A DNA stretch of 64,000 nucleotides from Gemmatimonadota bacterium (GTDB lineage: Bacteria > Gemmatimonadota > Gemmatimonadetes > Gemmatimonadales > GWC2-71-9): contig JBDHKN010000035.1 of NCBI GenBank assembly GCA_039586365.1, positions 1-64,000 of the forward strand, in the 5' to 3' direction. Below the pieces are notes generated by a model that saw only the letters and a program-made list of their open reading frames with translations, made no database searches and was not told the DNA's origin. Of the stretch, positions 50,798 to 59,225 are shown one piece after another (the stretch's first letter is position 1; each line of letters begins with the position of its first letter). The position numbers were made by a program, and so were the translations under genes.

Positions 50798-51970
50798 GGC
50801 AGCCACCAATGCGTCCAACCGGAGCCATCCTGCCGGGGTCAACCGGGCCATGCCTGCAGCGACTACCATCCAGCCGCTGTCGAGCGCGGCCTCCAGCACC
50901 GTCGGCTCCAGATCACCCAGACCATCATACCGGAGACCCTTTGCAGTGCGCAGTGACAAGTAAACTCGCTCCAAGCGTTGCTGATCCGGTGTCAGCCGCT
51001 CTCGCCCGGCGACGGGTAGACTGCCAGTGACCACAACTCTCTCGTACTCGGCCCAATTACGTACGTTCCACGACCGCTCAACACCGTCGAAGCTGTGTGC
51101 GGCAGGCCCCAGCGCTCCATAAGGCACCCCGCACCAATAGGCGCGGTTGTGCTGGGACTCGTGGCCCGGTCGGGCGTAGCTGGAGACTTCATAGTGGTGG
51201 TATCCGGCGCCGCTCAGTATCTCATGCGCCAGCATGAACTCATCCGTATAGCGACCTTCGGCAACCGGGACTGCGTCGCCTCGTGCAATCCAGCGCGACA
51301 GCGGCGTCTTCGGCTCTACCGCCAGGCCATATGCCGAGATGTGATCGGGGCCCAGCTCCACTGCTCTGTGCAGATCGGCTGCAAAGTCCGCCTGTAGCTC
51401 ACGCGGCAAGGCGAATATCAGGTCCAGTGAGACGGACTCGATGCGACTCTGCTGCAACAGTCTCACGGCATCGCTAGCCTGCTCGGCCCGGTGAGTCCGA
51501 TGCATCCAGTCCAAGACACGCTGGTCAAACGATTGGACGCCGAGTGAGACGCGATTCACACCGGCCGAGAGCCAGTTCTCTACGGCACGTGGGTAGACGT
51601 CTTCCGGATTGGCCTCCAGGGTCACCTCTGGTTCTGCGCGGCCGTGCCGTGCCAAGCCTGGATGGTGAGGGACGGTGAATGGCGGTGAAGGACGGTGAAG
51701 GATCGGGCTCTCACTGCTGTCACGCACCAGGAAGTGAGTGACGATTCGTGCCACCTGCTCGGGCGGGAGCTTGGAGGGAGTGCCACCACCTAGGTACAAC
51801 GTTTCAAGCGGCGCTGCGTCCCACGCACCGTGCAATCGCTTCAGGTCGTGCTCTTTGAGTACTGCAGCGACATAGCGGCCCGCCGGGATCTCCCGCCGCA
51901 CTGCGATGGCAAAGTCGCAATACGAGCATCTGCGGCTGCAGAACGGCACATGGATGTAGAGGTGCTGCAT
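50771..51970 (-). CDS. hemW: Radical SAM heme chaperone HemW
   Basis: YIHVPFCSRRCSYCDF, GGGTPS, YEVSSYA, HNRAYW. Confidence 0.93.
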   Translation of the reverse strand: MQHLYIHVPFCSRRCSYCDFAIAVRREIPAGRYVAAVLKEHDLKRLHGAWDAAPLETLYLGGGTPSKLPPEQVARIVTHFLVRDSSESPILHRPSPPFTVPHHPGLARHGRAEPEVTLEANPEDVYPRAVENWLSAGVNRVSLGVQSFDQRVLDWMHRTHRAEQASDAVRLLQQSRIESVSLDLIFALPRELQADFAADLHRAVELGPDHISAYGLAVEPKTPLSRWIARGDAVPVAEGRYTDEFMLAHEILSGAGYHHYEVSSYARPGHESQHNRAYWCGVPYGALGPAAHSFDGVERSWNVRNWAEYERVVVTGSLPVAGRERLTPDQQRLERVYLSLRTAKGLRYDGLGDLEPTVLEAALDSGWMVVAAGMARLTPAGWLRLDALVAALTTSGKGG

Positions 51971-51983
51971 ACAAACTGACAGC

Positions 51984-53081
51984 TTACAGCCGACAACTGC
52001 CAACCGCCATGCGAAACATTTTGCCGGGTTCCTGGTCGACCAGGCCGCGGATCTCCAGCGAAGTCAATGCGGCAAGCGCCTCGCCAGCGGATGTGCCCAG
52101 CTGCTGCGCTATCTCGTCCACCTGTTCGGCACCCAGTTCCAGAGCATCGATCGCACGTCTTTCTGTCTCGGTTAGGTCATTCGGGAGCGACATGCCGGGT
52201 CGGCCCTTGCCTGAGATCCCATATTCCTCTAGGACGTCCCGTAGACCGAGAGCGGGCTTCGCTCCATGCTGGATGAGTCGGTTACAGCCGAGCGACAAGG
52301 GACTTGTGATCGGACCCGGTACCGCAAGCACTTCCTTCCCTTGCGCCAAGGCACAATCTGCAGTGATCAACGTACCGGATCGCTCACCGGCCTCGACCAC
52401 CAGAGTGACCATGGCCAATCCGCTGATCAGTCGATTACGGCGCGGGAAGCTCCCGGCGCTCGGTCGCTCACCCGGAGGGAACTCGGTGACAATGCAGCCT
52501 GCAACCGCGATTCTGTCATAGAGAGCGCGGTTGGCAGCTGGATACACCACTCCCAGCCCGTTTCCTAGCACTCCGACAGTGCCACCACCACTATCCAGGG
52601 CTGCCTCGTGTGCGATTCGGTCTAAGCCGCGCGCCATACCGCTCACTACGACCAGGCCCGCACGGCTCGACCCTCCTGCGAACATCCTGCAGACCCCAGC
52701 GCCATATCTGCTGTGCGATCTACTCCCGACCACAGCGACACTGGCAGTATTGAGGTAATCCAGCCGGCCGACTGCAAACAGGAGCGTGGGGGCATCGGGG
52801 ATCTCACGGAGGCTGGCTGGGAAGTCCTTGCCGGTTGGCAGCAGGACGTGACCACCCAAGTCTCGAGTCTGTTGCACGACCCGCTCACCCAACCCCGGCG
52901 TTGCTTCACCGATCGCGGTAGCTGCAGCACGGCTGATCGACGATACGCTCAGCAACTGCTGAGACGAAGCGCCCAGAACCGCGTCAGCAGTCCGGAACCG
53001 CGCCAGCAGCATTTCGAGCCTAGCTCGACCTATCCCGGGCACGAGTGCGAGTGTGACATAAGCGATGTCGGCCTGATTCAC
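51984..53081 (-). CDS. dprA: DNA processing protein DprA
   Basis: VAVVGSR, VSGMARGLD, FPRRNRLISGL, SGTLITA. Confidence 0.96.
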   Translation of the reverse strand: MNQADIAYVTLALVPGIGRARLEMLLARFRTADAVLGASSQQLLSVSSISRAAATAIGEATPGLGERVVQQTRDLGGHVLLPTGKDFPASLREIPDAPTLLFAVGRLDYLNTASVAVVGSRSHSRYGAGVCRMFAGGSSRAGLVVVSGMARGLDRIAHEAALDSGGGTVGVLGNGLGVVYPAANRALYDRIAVAGCIVTEFPPGERPSAGSFPRRNRLISGLAMVTLVVEAGERSGTLITADCALAQGKEVLAVPGPITSPLSLGCNRLIQHGAKPALGLRDVLEEYGISGKGRPGMSLPNDLTETERRAIDALELGAEQVDEIAQQLGTSAGEALAALTSLEIRGLVDQEPGKMFRMAVGSCRL

Positions 53082-54100
53082 GGTAGGGGTACCGCCTGAT
53101 CTGGATCGGGCTGTTCGCGGGGCCGGGTCAGCAACTGCCAGACGCTCTCCTTGAGTTCGCCCAAGCCCCGGTTGGCAGCAGCTGAGACCAGCAAAATGTC
53201 TGTGGCGCCGGGGGCAGCCAGCTTAGGTGGCTCCTCATTCGGCGGCAGAAGGTCGGCTTTGGTGAGCGCCACGATGTACGGTTTGTTTGCCAGTGCCGGG
53301 TCGTAGGCGCGAGCCTCATGCCGAATCACGTCCAGGCTCGCTTGCGGGTCAGGAGCGTCTAGCGGTACCAGGCAAACCACCACCCGAGTCCTTTCGACGT
53401 GCTGCAGGAACTTGTGGCCTAGCCCCTTGCCCTCATGCGCCCCTGCGATGATGCCAGGGATATCCGCGAGCACGAAGGAGCGCCCTTCAGCGAGCCCCAC
53501 AACTCCGAGATGCGGCTCCAGCGTTGTAAATGGGTAATCAGCGATCTTCGGCCGCGCCGCAGACAGCGTAGCTAGCAGTGTGCTCTTGCCTGCGTTCGGC
53601 TCACCGAGGAGCCCTGCATCGGCAATGAGCTTCAGCACTAACTCTATCCGCCGGTCTTCTCCCGATTCACCCGGTTCCCACTCACGCGGTGCCTGATGGG
53701 TTGACGTAGCGAAGGCCGCGTTACCGCGTCCGCCCCGACCACCTCTTGCCACGCAGACTGTCTGCCCTGGCGCCAGCAGCTCGGCGATCAACTCCCCGCT
53801 GCCTGCATCGGTTACCACGGTCCCCGGTGGAACGGGGAGATACTCGTCCGCCCCGGACCTTCCAGTCTTGTTGGAGCCCTTGCCATGCTGCCCCCGCTCG
53901 GCCTTCCAATGCGTGCGGTAGCGGTAGTCCAGGAGGGTGGAGAGTTGGGGGGCGACTACGACGAACACACTGCCGCCGGCGCCTCCGTCGCCTCCGTCCG
54001 GACCTCCCTTCGGCACGAACCTCTCACGGCGAAACGAGGTGCAGCCGGAGCCGCCTATGCCGCCGGTGACGTGGATTGTGGCGCGGTCGATGAAGGTCAT
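53078..54100 (-). CDS. obgE: GTPase ObgE
   Basis: GGPDGGDGG, PNAGKST, DYPFTTL, DIPG. Confidence 0.97.
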   Translation of the reverse strand: MTFIDRATIHVTGGIGGSGCTSFRRERFVPKGGPDGGDGGAGGSVFVVVAPQLSTLLDYRYRTHWKAERGQHGKGSNKTGRSGADEYLPVPPGTVVTDAGSGELIAELLAPGQTVCVARGGRGGRGNAAFATSTHQAPREWEPGESGEDRRIELVLKLIADAGLLGEPNAGKSTLLATLSAARPKIADYPFTTLEPHLGVVGLAEGRSFVLADIPGIIAGAHEGKGLGHKFLQHVERTRVVVCLVPLDAPDPQASLDVIRHEARAYDPALANKPYIVALTKADLLPPNEEPPKLAAPGATDILLVSAAANRGLGELKESVWQLLTRPREQPDPDQAVPLP

Positions 54101-54224
54101 GATCAGCTGCCGCTGGCAGGTATCAACTGGCAGCCGTCAGCAGGCTGCACCGGCTGCTCCGCCCTGTTATGCGAAACGTCTAACAGTCGCATCGCCCAAA
54201 TCTCTCAGCGCTCTGGCCACGGTC

Positions 54225-55241
54225 CTAATCGATTCCGCGCCTGCTTAACCCAACGAACGAGACTCCCCCCGTGGGACCAACAGCTCCAACCGCTATTCCC
54301 CGTGTGTTGTGGACAGGCAACTCTGCAAACTGCGGGACGACCGATGAGGGGGCCGGATCAAGCTCCAGTTGGTCCAACACGGCCACCAGCGCGACCATAG
54401 CGCTCATTGCATCACCGTCTTCCACTTTCAGGGCGATGCCGAGTCCGCGGTCCAGCAGCGCTGCCAGATAGAGACCCTCGGCGCCCACTTTGGCAACCAG
54501 CTGCCCTGGATAGGCGAGCATGAGGTCGGTTGCCAGCCGAGCGGTGCCCGCCACGAGGTGTGGATGCTCCACCATGGCTGAGACCACCGTCCTCTCAGCC
54601 ACCCCCTCGCCTGCGACGAGTCGAGCCATAGCCAAAGCCAGGTTGAATAGAGGGAGCGCAAAAGTGACCGCCGTGCAGCCATCGATGCCTTCTCTGATGG
54701 CCGATTCTGACAATCCACTCCACCGCGCCAACTCACGCTTGATACGCTGCTGGACCGGGTGGCCCGACGCCTGATAGCCTTCCGTCTCCCAATCGTGGTG
54801 TCGCGCCAGTGCCAGCATACCGGTGTGTTTGCCAGAACAGTTGCTCGACAACGGTGCAGCCGGTGCCAGCAGTTCAGGATCGAGCGGCGGAACGGAGTAT
54901 GTCGCTCCGAGCGCGCGATGAGGACCGCAGGCCAGGTCGCTTTCTGCGCAGCCGATCCGCCGTAGGAATTCGGCAACGATCGCCACCTGATCCTGTTCGG
55001 AGTTGTGTGATGCGCAGGCAAGTGCGAGTTCCTGTGACGTGATGCTGAAGCGATCAACCACTCCGTCTTGAACCAGAGGCAGTGCCTGGAATGGCTTCAC
55101 GGTTGACCGCGTGACAGTAACCAACTGAGGGTCACCCGACGACGCCACCAGCCTGGCGTCAGGGGTAACGATGGCGACGGAGACGCGGTGAACAGATTCG
55201 ATGATGCCAGAGCGGGTCGATTCAATTCGTAGTTCACTCAT
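54225..55241 (-). CDS. L-asparaginase II (Rhizobium AnsA-type)
   Basis: RSGIIESVH, RSTVKPFQA, CASH, NCSGKH, DGC, AKVGAEG, KVEDG. Confidence 0.9.
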   Translation of the reverse strand: MSELRIESTRSGIIESVHRVSVAIVTPDARLVASSGDPQLVTVTRSTVKPFQALPLVQDGVVDRFSITSQELALACASHNSEQDQVAIVAEFLRRIGCAESDLACGPHRALGATYSVPPLDPELLAPAAPLSSNCSGKHTGMLALARHHDWETEGYQASGHPVQQRIKRELARWSGLSESAIREGIDGCTAVTFALPLFNLALAMARLVAGEGVAERTVVSAMVEHPHLVAGTARLATDLMLAYPGQLVAKVGAEGLYLAALLDRGLGIALKVEDGDAMSAMVALVAVLDQLELDPAPSSVVPQFAELPVHNTRGIAVGAVGPTGGVSFVGLSRRGID

Positions 55242-55530
55242 TGGTGGCTGAAGATAGGTGCACAGGTGCGTGGGTGCATAGGGGCATGGTCGGAGTGGGG
55301 AAGGAAACGCTGGTACAGGAGCCCATACATTCGCAGATCGAGCGCGGCCACACCGTTTCATCTGACAGCGTGGGGAGGAACTGGGTTGGCTAGGTACCAT
55401 CGGGCGGTGGCGGGTCAGGGTGCTCCCGCCGGGGTTAAGCGATGGAGTGTGGGGTCCTCCTTGACTTGTCACTGCCCCCTGACCACCTATTCTGGACATC
55501 GGTAGTACCTGCACAGAAGGAGAACCCAGA

Positions 55531-55914
55531 GTGCGCAGGATCTTGACGCTCGGTCTCATGGCCGGTGTGCTAGCAGCATCCGGCCCATTAACCGCATGCG
55601 GAGGCCTGGGCCCGGACGACATCGCGGGTCGATACGTACTGACGTACGCCCAGGGCATGGAAGTCCCGACCACGGTTGAGGTCGGAGAACTCATTTTCGA
55701 CATCATCGGCGGCTGGTGGCAGCTCAACAGTGACCGCACCTGGTCATCCCACCTGGAAACCGACCAGACTATCTCGGACGACTCCGGAACTTATGAGAAT
55801 GACGGAGAGTTCGTGACATTCTCCAACGACACGCCGTTCGAGACAATAGGGACCATAGACGGGGATCGCCTCATTGTTGTGGAGGGCGAGCTAGTACTGA
55901 TATTTGTGAGGTGA
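55531..55914 (+). CDS. Lipoprotein, lipocalin-like small beta-barrel
   Basis: AAGGAG SD, lipobox LTAC, GRYVL...LNSDRTW...SGTY pattern. Confidence 0.75.
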   Translation: MRRILTLGLMAGVLAASGPLTACGGLGPDDIAGRYVLTYAQGMEVPTTVEVGELIFDIIGGWWQLNSDRTWSSHLETDQTISDDSGTYENDGEFVTFSNDTPFETIGTIDGDRLIVVEGELVLIFVR

Positions 55915-56043
55915 CGGATCGGCTATCAGCAATCAGCCGCAAGCCGCTGGCTGTCCGTTGTCAGCCCTACCCTATCCGCTTCCCGTACGGGAAGCGTAAA
56001 GTTAGAATGATTGTTGGCCGGTCGATCCTGCGGCCAACAAATT

Positions 56044-56117
56044 GGGTGGTTAGCTCAGTTGGTTAGAGCGCCGGTCTCACATACCGGAGGTCGGCGGTTC
56101 GAATCCGCCACCGCCCA
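56044..56117 (+). tRNA. tRNA-Val(CAC)
   Basis: GGGTGGT/ACCGCCC acceptor stem, AGCTCAGTTGGTTAGAGC D arm, CCGGT-CTCACAT-ACCGG anticodon arm, GGTTCGAATCC T arm; CCA not encoded. Confidence 0.96.
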
Positions 56118-56128
56118 TTGAACAAAGC

Positions 56129-56164
56129 GAAGCCCCGCAATCAATTACGTGGTTGTGGGGCTTC
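56129..56164 (+). terminator. Hairpin after the tRNA
   Basis: GAAGCCCCGCAATCA...TGGTTGTGGGGCTTC. Confidence 0.6.
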
Positions 56165-56214
56165 ATCGACACCGCCAAAACACACCCATCATCGACACCG
56201 CCAAAACACACCCA
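56163..56214. repeat. Perfect 26-bp tandem duplication
   Basis: TCATCGACACCGCCAAAACACACCCA x2. Confidence 0.92.
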
Positions 56215-56416
56215 GGCAGGTGCTATCCCGGCCCCGGCCGCACGCGGCATTTCGCCCCTGCAACGGTTCCTCCAATTAACTGACAGGAGTGGAGCGGTTA
56301 ACCGTCGTTGAAGCGGCACTTGAGGTCGTGGGCTCGCCCGTGGGTGATCTTTTTGTTGTCGCCCACCAGCGAGGGCTACGACCTCAGCACTCCAGCAGAT
56401 CGGTGACGGGCAAGCT

Positions 56417-56662
56417 CTACTTGGTGGGATCGTACCTGCGATCGCCCGGGACCTCAGTAATGAATGCGGTTCGATGGCAGGGCATACAATCCACCCGCCA
56501 TATGGGACCCAACGATCCACCGCCCTCAATTGGTCCCCGAACGCTCAACTCACCCTGGCACAGCGGACAAGCCGGGGGCCCGCCTCGAGCGCCGAGGCTT
56601 TCGCGGATCTCCCGGGCCTGCTCCGGGGAGAACGTAACCGGTGTCTCAGAGTACCTGGAGAT
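56417..56662 (-). CDS. Small CPxC/CxxC zinc-ribbon protein with no canonical start (ATC start or pseudogene)
   Basis: Hand translation: ISRYSETPVTFSPEQAREIRESLGARGGPPACPLCQGELSVRGPIEGGGSLGPIWRVDCMPCHRTAFITEVPGDRRYDPTK*. Confidence 0.55.
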   Translation of the reverse strand: MSRYSETPVTFSPEQAREIRESLGARGGPPACPLCQGELSVRGPIEGGGSLGPIWRVDCMPCHRTAFITEVPGDRRYDPTK

Positions 56663-57244
56663 GGCTCACACTCACGCTTGGTCGTTATGAAAACTGCGCT
56701 GCGGTCCGGCTGGCCACAATGGCGGCACCTTGCTTTGGATTGCCGCCAGGTGTTGCGTCAGAGACACGGCTCGTCGTAAGCCAATAATTTCAAACGACAT
56801 GCGGCGCACATTGCACACCCAACACTGACTTGACCCTGCAACAGGACGAGCGGTTGGGGTCTGCCACAATCAATATTGGTGTGCGTCATCTGCACCGTGC
56901 GCCCTGCCCACAGACTCGACGAACGCTCGCAGGGTGGTCCTGCTCAATCACACCCCTTCAGTCAGCAGGAAGGCACTGAGGCGGGCCACCTCGTGGGATC
57001 CGTTTCGCCACGACGCGTTCACACTCAGGTGACCTCGACGCCGAACAAGCGATAGACGAAACATACGCTACGCAAGAGTACCTGGCCCGCTTCATGCAAA
57101 CCGTCCAGTACCATCGAAATCCTGCCCGGATGCCGTCCGGGATGTTGCGTTGAAGAAAGGCCGGTTAAGCCAGTGTCCACCAGAGGCGTGAAGACACCGC
57201 GCTCGCGAGTCGCAGCGCGCGTGCAGCCCAACACCCCCCCCACC

Positions 57245-58447
57245 ATGCCTGAATTCACTACCCAGGGCCTGTCGGGAGACAGAGTCCCCTTGGCATATCG
57301 AATACCTGGCGTCGATCCCAGGTCGTTAGGCCCGTCTGAATCCAGGATAGAGAACGTGGAGTCGGCCCTTCCGAGATTGCTGGCGGTATTCCAACGCTGC
57401 CTCGAAGTGGCCGATGTCGACGGCGTGGTCGACGTTTGCCTCGAAGAACTGCGACTGAATACTCATCAGTTCAGTGCCGCCGCTATGCTGATGGCCCTGT
57501 ACCGCAATCTGCTCAAAGAGGACGACGTAGAAGGATACCTCGTGACGACTGCCCTGTTCGCGCGGCTGCAGGATCCCAAGCTCGCAGAGCTGGCGGCAAG
57601 GGACTTCCTCATCGAGACAGCGCGGCGGTATGCCAACCACACATCGCATCTTTTCCCCGTCCTCCACAAGCACGCGTCGGCCGCTTTGACGATGTGCAAG
57701 TTGGCAAACCGCAGCAGAATCCGGCTCTTTCTGCGGGACGCCCTTGTCTTTTGGCCATCCCTGCTCGCATTGCGACCAAGAGTCTTCGAGATACCGCTGG
57801 ATTTTCTGGTGTTCACCCGCCCTCTCAAGGACAACGGACGCAGCCCATTGGTATTCTCGGACGACGGCTCTGGCGTTCTGAAGCGCAGTGCCCAGCACTG
57901 CGTGCCCCGCACCCTGGTACTCGATGTGGGCCTGTATGGGACTCTGGTCAAAGAGCTCGACGGGAAAGGATTTTTCGCGGGCGACGGCTCCGTGTTGTTC
58001 CTGGGAAGCCGGAATCCGCACATACCGGGATTTCTCAACGAGCTGAGGTTGCGCGAGGCGCCCGCTGAAGTGGTTGTTCAACAGCAAGATGTGGTCAGAT
58101 ACGTAGACACGGTCGAGTGCCTGCTCAAACCGTTCCTGTTACTACCATCCCTCGATGGGAACATGGTCTTCTTGGAGCTGGGTGACGGTATTTCCTTTGT
58201 CTGCTCGGTGGTATTTCTTTGGAGTTTGTATCGCTACTCCCTAAGTGCGGACAAGTTCGATAGTCCTCACTCTGCGGCAGACCTGCTGTCGCCCGCCGCT
58301 GCTCTGGAGAAGCGGTGGCTACTAGGCGAGCCGATTCCCGCTTGGACCAAGGCAAAGGACTTCGTCGCGAATTGGTCCGCGCATGACCTGAAATCTGCCG
58401 CCGAAACTCGGGAATGGCTCGACCGCTGGAAGAGGAACGACCCATAG
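57245..58447 (+). CDS. Hypothetical protein with putative PRPP-dependent phosphoribosyltransferase-like motifs
   Basis: About 400 aa; RLFLRDA, FTR, LVLDVGLYGTL, FLGSRNP motifs; overlaps the trpA-like start; start could be GTG 57173. Confidence 0.6.
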   Translation: MPEFTTQGLSGDRVPLAYRIPGVDPRSLGPSESRIENVESALPRLLAVFQRCLEVADVDGVVDVCLEELRLNTHQFSAAAMLMALYRNLLKEDDVEGYLVTTALFARLQDPKLAELAARDFLIETARRYANHTSHLFPVLHKHASAALTMCKLANRSRIRLFLRDALVFWPSLLALRPRVFEIPLDFLVFTRPLKDNGRSPLVFSDDGSGVLKRSAQHCVPRTLVLDVGLYGTLVKELDGKGFFAGDGSVLFLGSRNPHIPGFLNELRLREAPAEVVVQQQDVVRYVDTVECLLKPFLLLPSLDGNMVFLELGDGISFVCSVVFLWSLYRYSLSADKFDSPHSAADLLSPAAALEKRWLLGEPIPAWTKAKDFVANWSAHDLKSAAETREWLDRWKRNDP

Positions 58448-59208
58448 AACTCAACCACGCCATAGCCGACGCAAACAGGAACGGCCGTCTCGGGCTGGTT
58501 CTCTACACCATTCCGGGCTTTCCGACTGCCCCGGATTATCTGGCCACGCTCGACTTGCTGAACAAGAGCGCCGCAGTGTCGATTGTCGAGATGACCATTC
58601 CCGTCGCCACAGGCTTCTCGGACCATGCCAACGAGACAATTCGGCGTGCCCACATTCAGGCCGTCAAAGAGACGGAGTCGCGGGACATTCCTAGACCCGG
58701 CAAACCGGCTCTATGCGTCCTGTACAAGTCCACGTCCGATACCCGTGGGTTTGAATCTGTTCTGGTCGATACTCTCGGTCAGTTTGAGGGACTCATTCTC
58801 GAGTGGGCAGAAGAAGATGAATCCTCATATGTTGCGATCGCTCGCAAACACGGACTGGAGCTGGTGCAGTGCGTCGGCCCATGGATGAGCCCCGATACTA
58901 TCCAGCGAGTGGTGGAACGAACCGAGGAAGAGCCTTTAATCTATCTTATGTCAGCACCCATGACCGGTGCGCAGCTGTTCTCCAACCAGGAGCTCGACAG
59001 TTGCATTCTAGCGGCGAAGAAGCACAGGCCGAAAGCAAAGGTGGCGGCAGGATTCGGAATCGGTAACGGCCAAGACGTGCGGCGCTTGGCCGAGATAGAC
59101 GCCTTGGACGCGGTCATTATTGGTACAGCTTTTCTCCAAGCCATGGGCGCCGGGCCGGAGGCAACCATGAAGCTGCTCGCAGACGTCGAACCGGCCTTGG
59201 AACGCTAG
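58414..59208 (+). CDS. Divergent tryptophan synthase alpha-chain-like TIM barrel (orphan)
   Basis: LYTIPGFP, IVEMTIP, ETIRRAH, IYLMSAPMTG, AGFGI, DAVIIGTAF follow the TrpA motif order. Confidence 0.85.
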   Translation: MARPLEEERPIELNHAIADANRNGRLGLVLYTIPGFPTAPDYLATLDLLNKSAAVSIVEMTIPVATGFSDHANETIRRAHIQAVKETESRDIPRPGKPALCVLYKSTSDTRGFESVLVDTLGQFEGLILEWAEEDESSYVAIARKHGLELVQCVGPWMSPDTIQRVVERTEEEPLIYLMSAPMTGAQLFSNQELDSCILAAKKHRPKAKVAAGFGIGNGQDVRRLAEIDALDAVIIGTAFLQAMGAGPEATMKLLADVEPALER

Positions 59209-59225
59209 CAACAGCTCACGCGACT

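Noticed and set aside
18032..55241. Numerous + strand ORFs of 60-320 aa
   Set aside because: Antisense shadows of well-identified minus-strand housekeeping genes, as expected in GC-rich DNA.
55242..55739. N-terminal extensions in the ORF track (asparaginase 504 aa; similarly GNAT 460 aa, STAS 162 aa)
   Set aside because: The extensions overlap other genes or repeats; family homology and start context begin at downstream starts.
56289..56690. 133-aa + strand ORF
   Set aside because: Antisense, in-register shadow of the more protein-like minus-strand zinc-ribbon frame.
56981..57153. Protein-like open stretch (GDLDAEQAIDETYATQEYLARFMQ) upstream of the cassette
   Set aside because: No suitable start or SD and no recognisable family; it may be a pseudogene fragment but cannot be supported.
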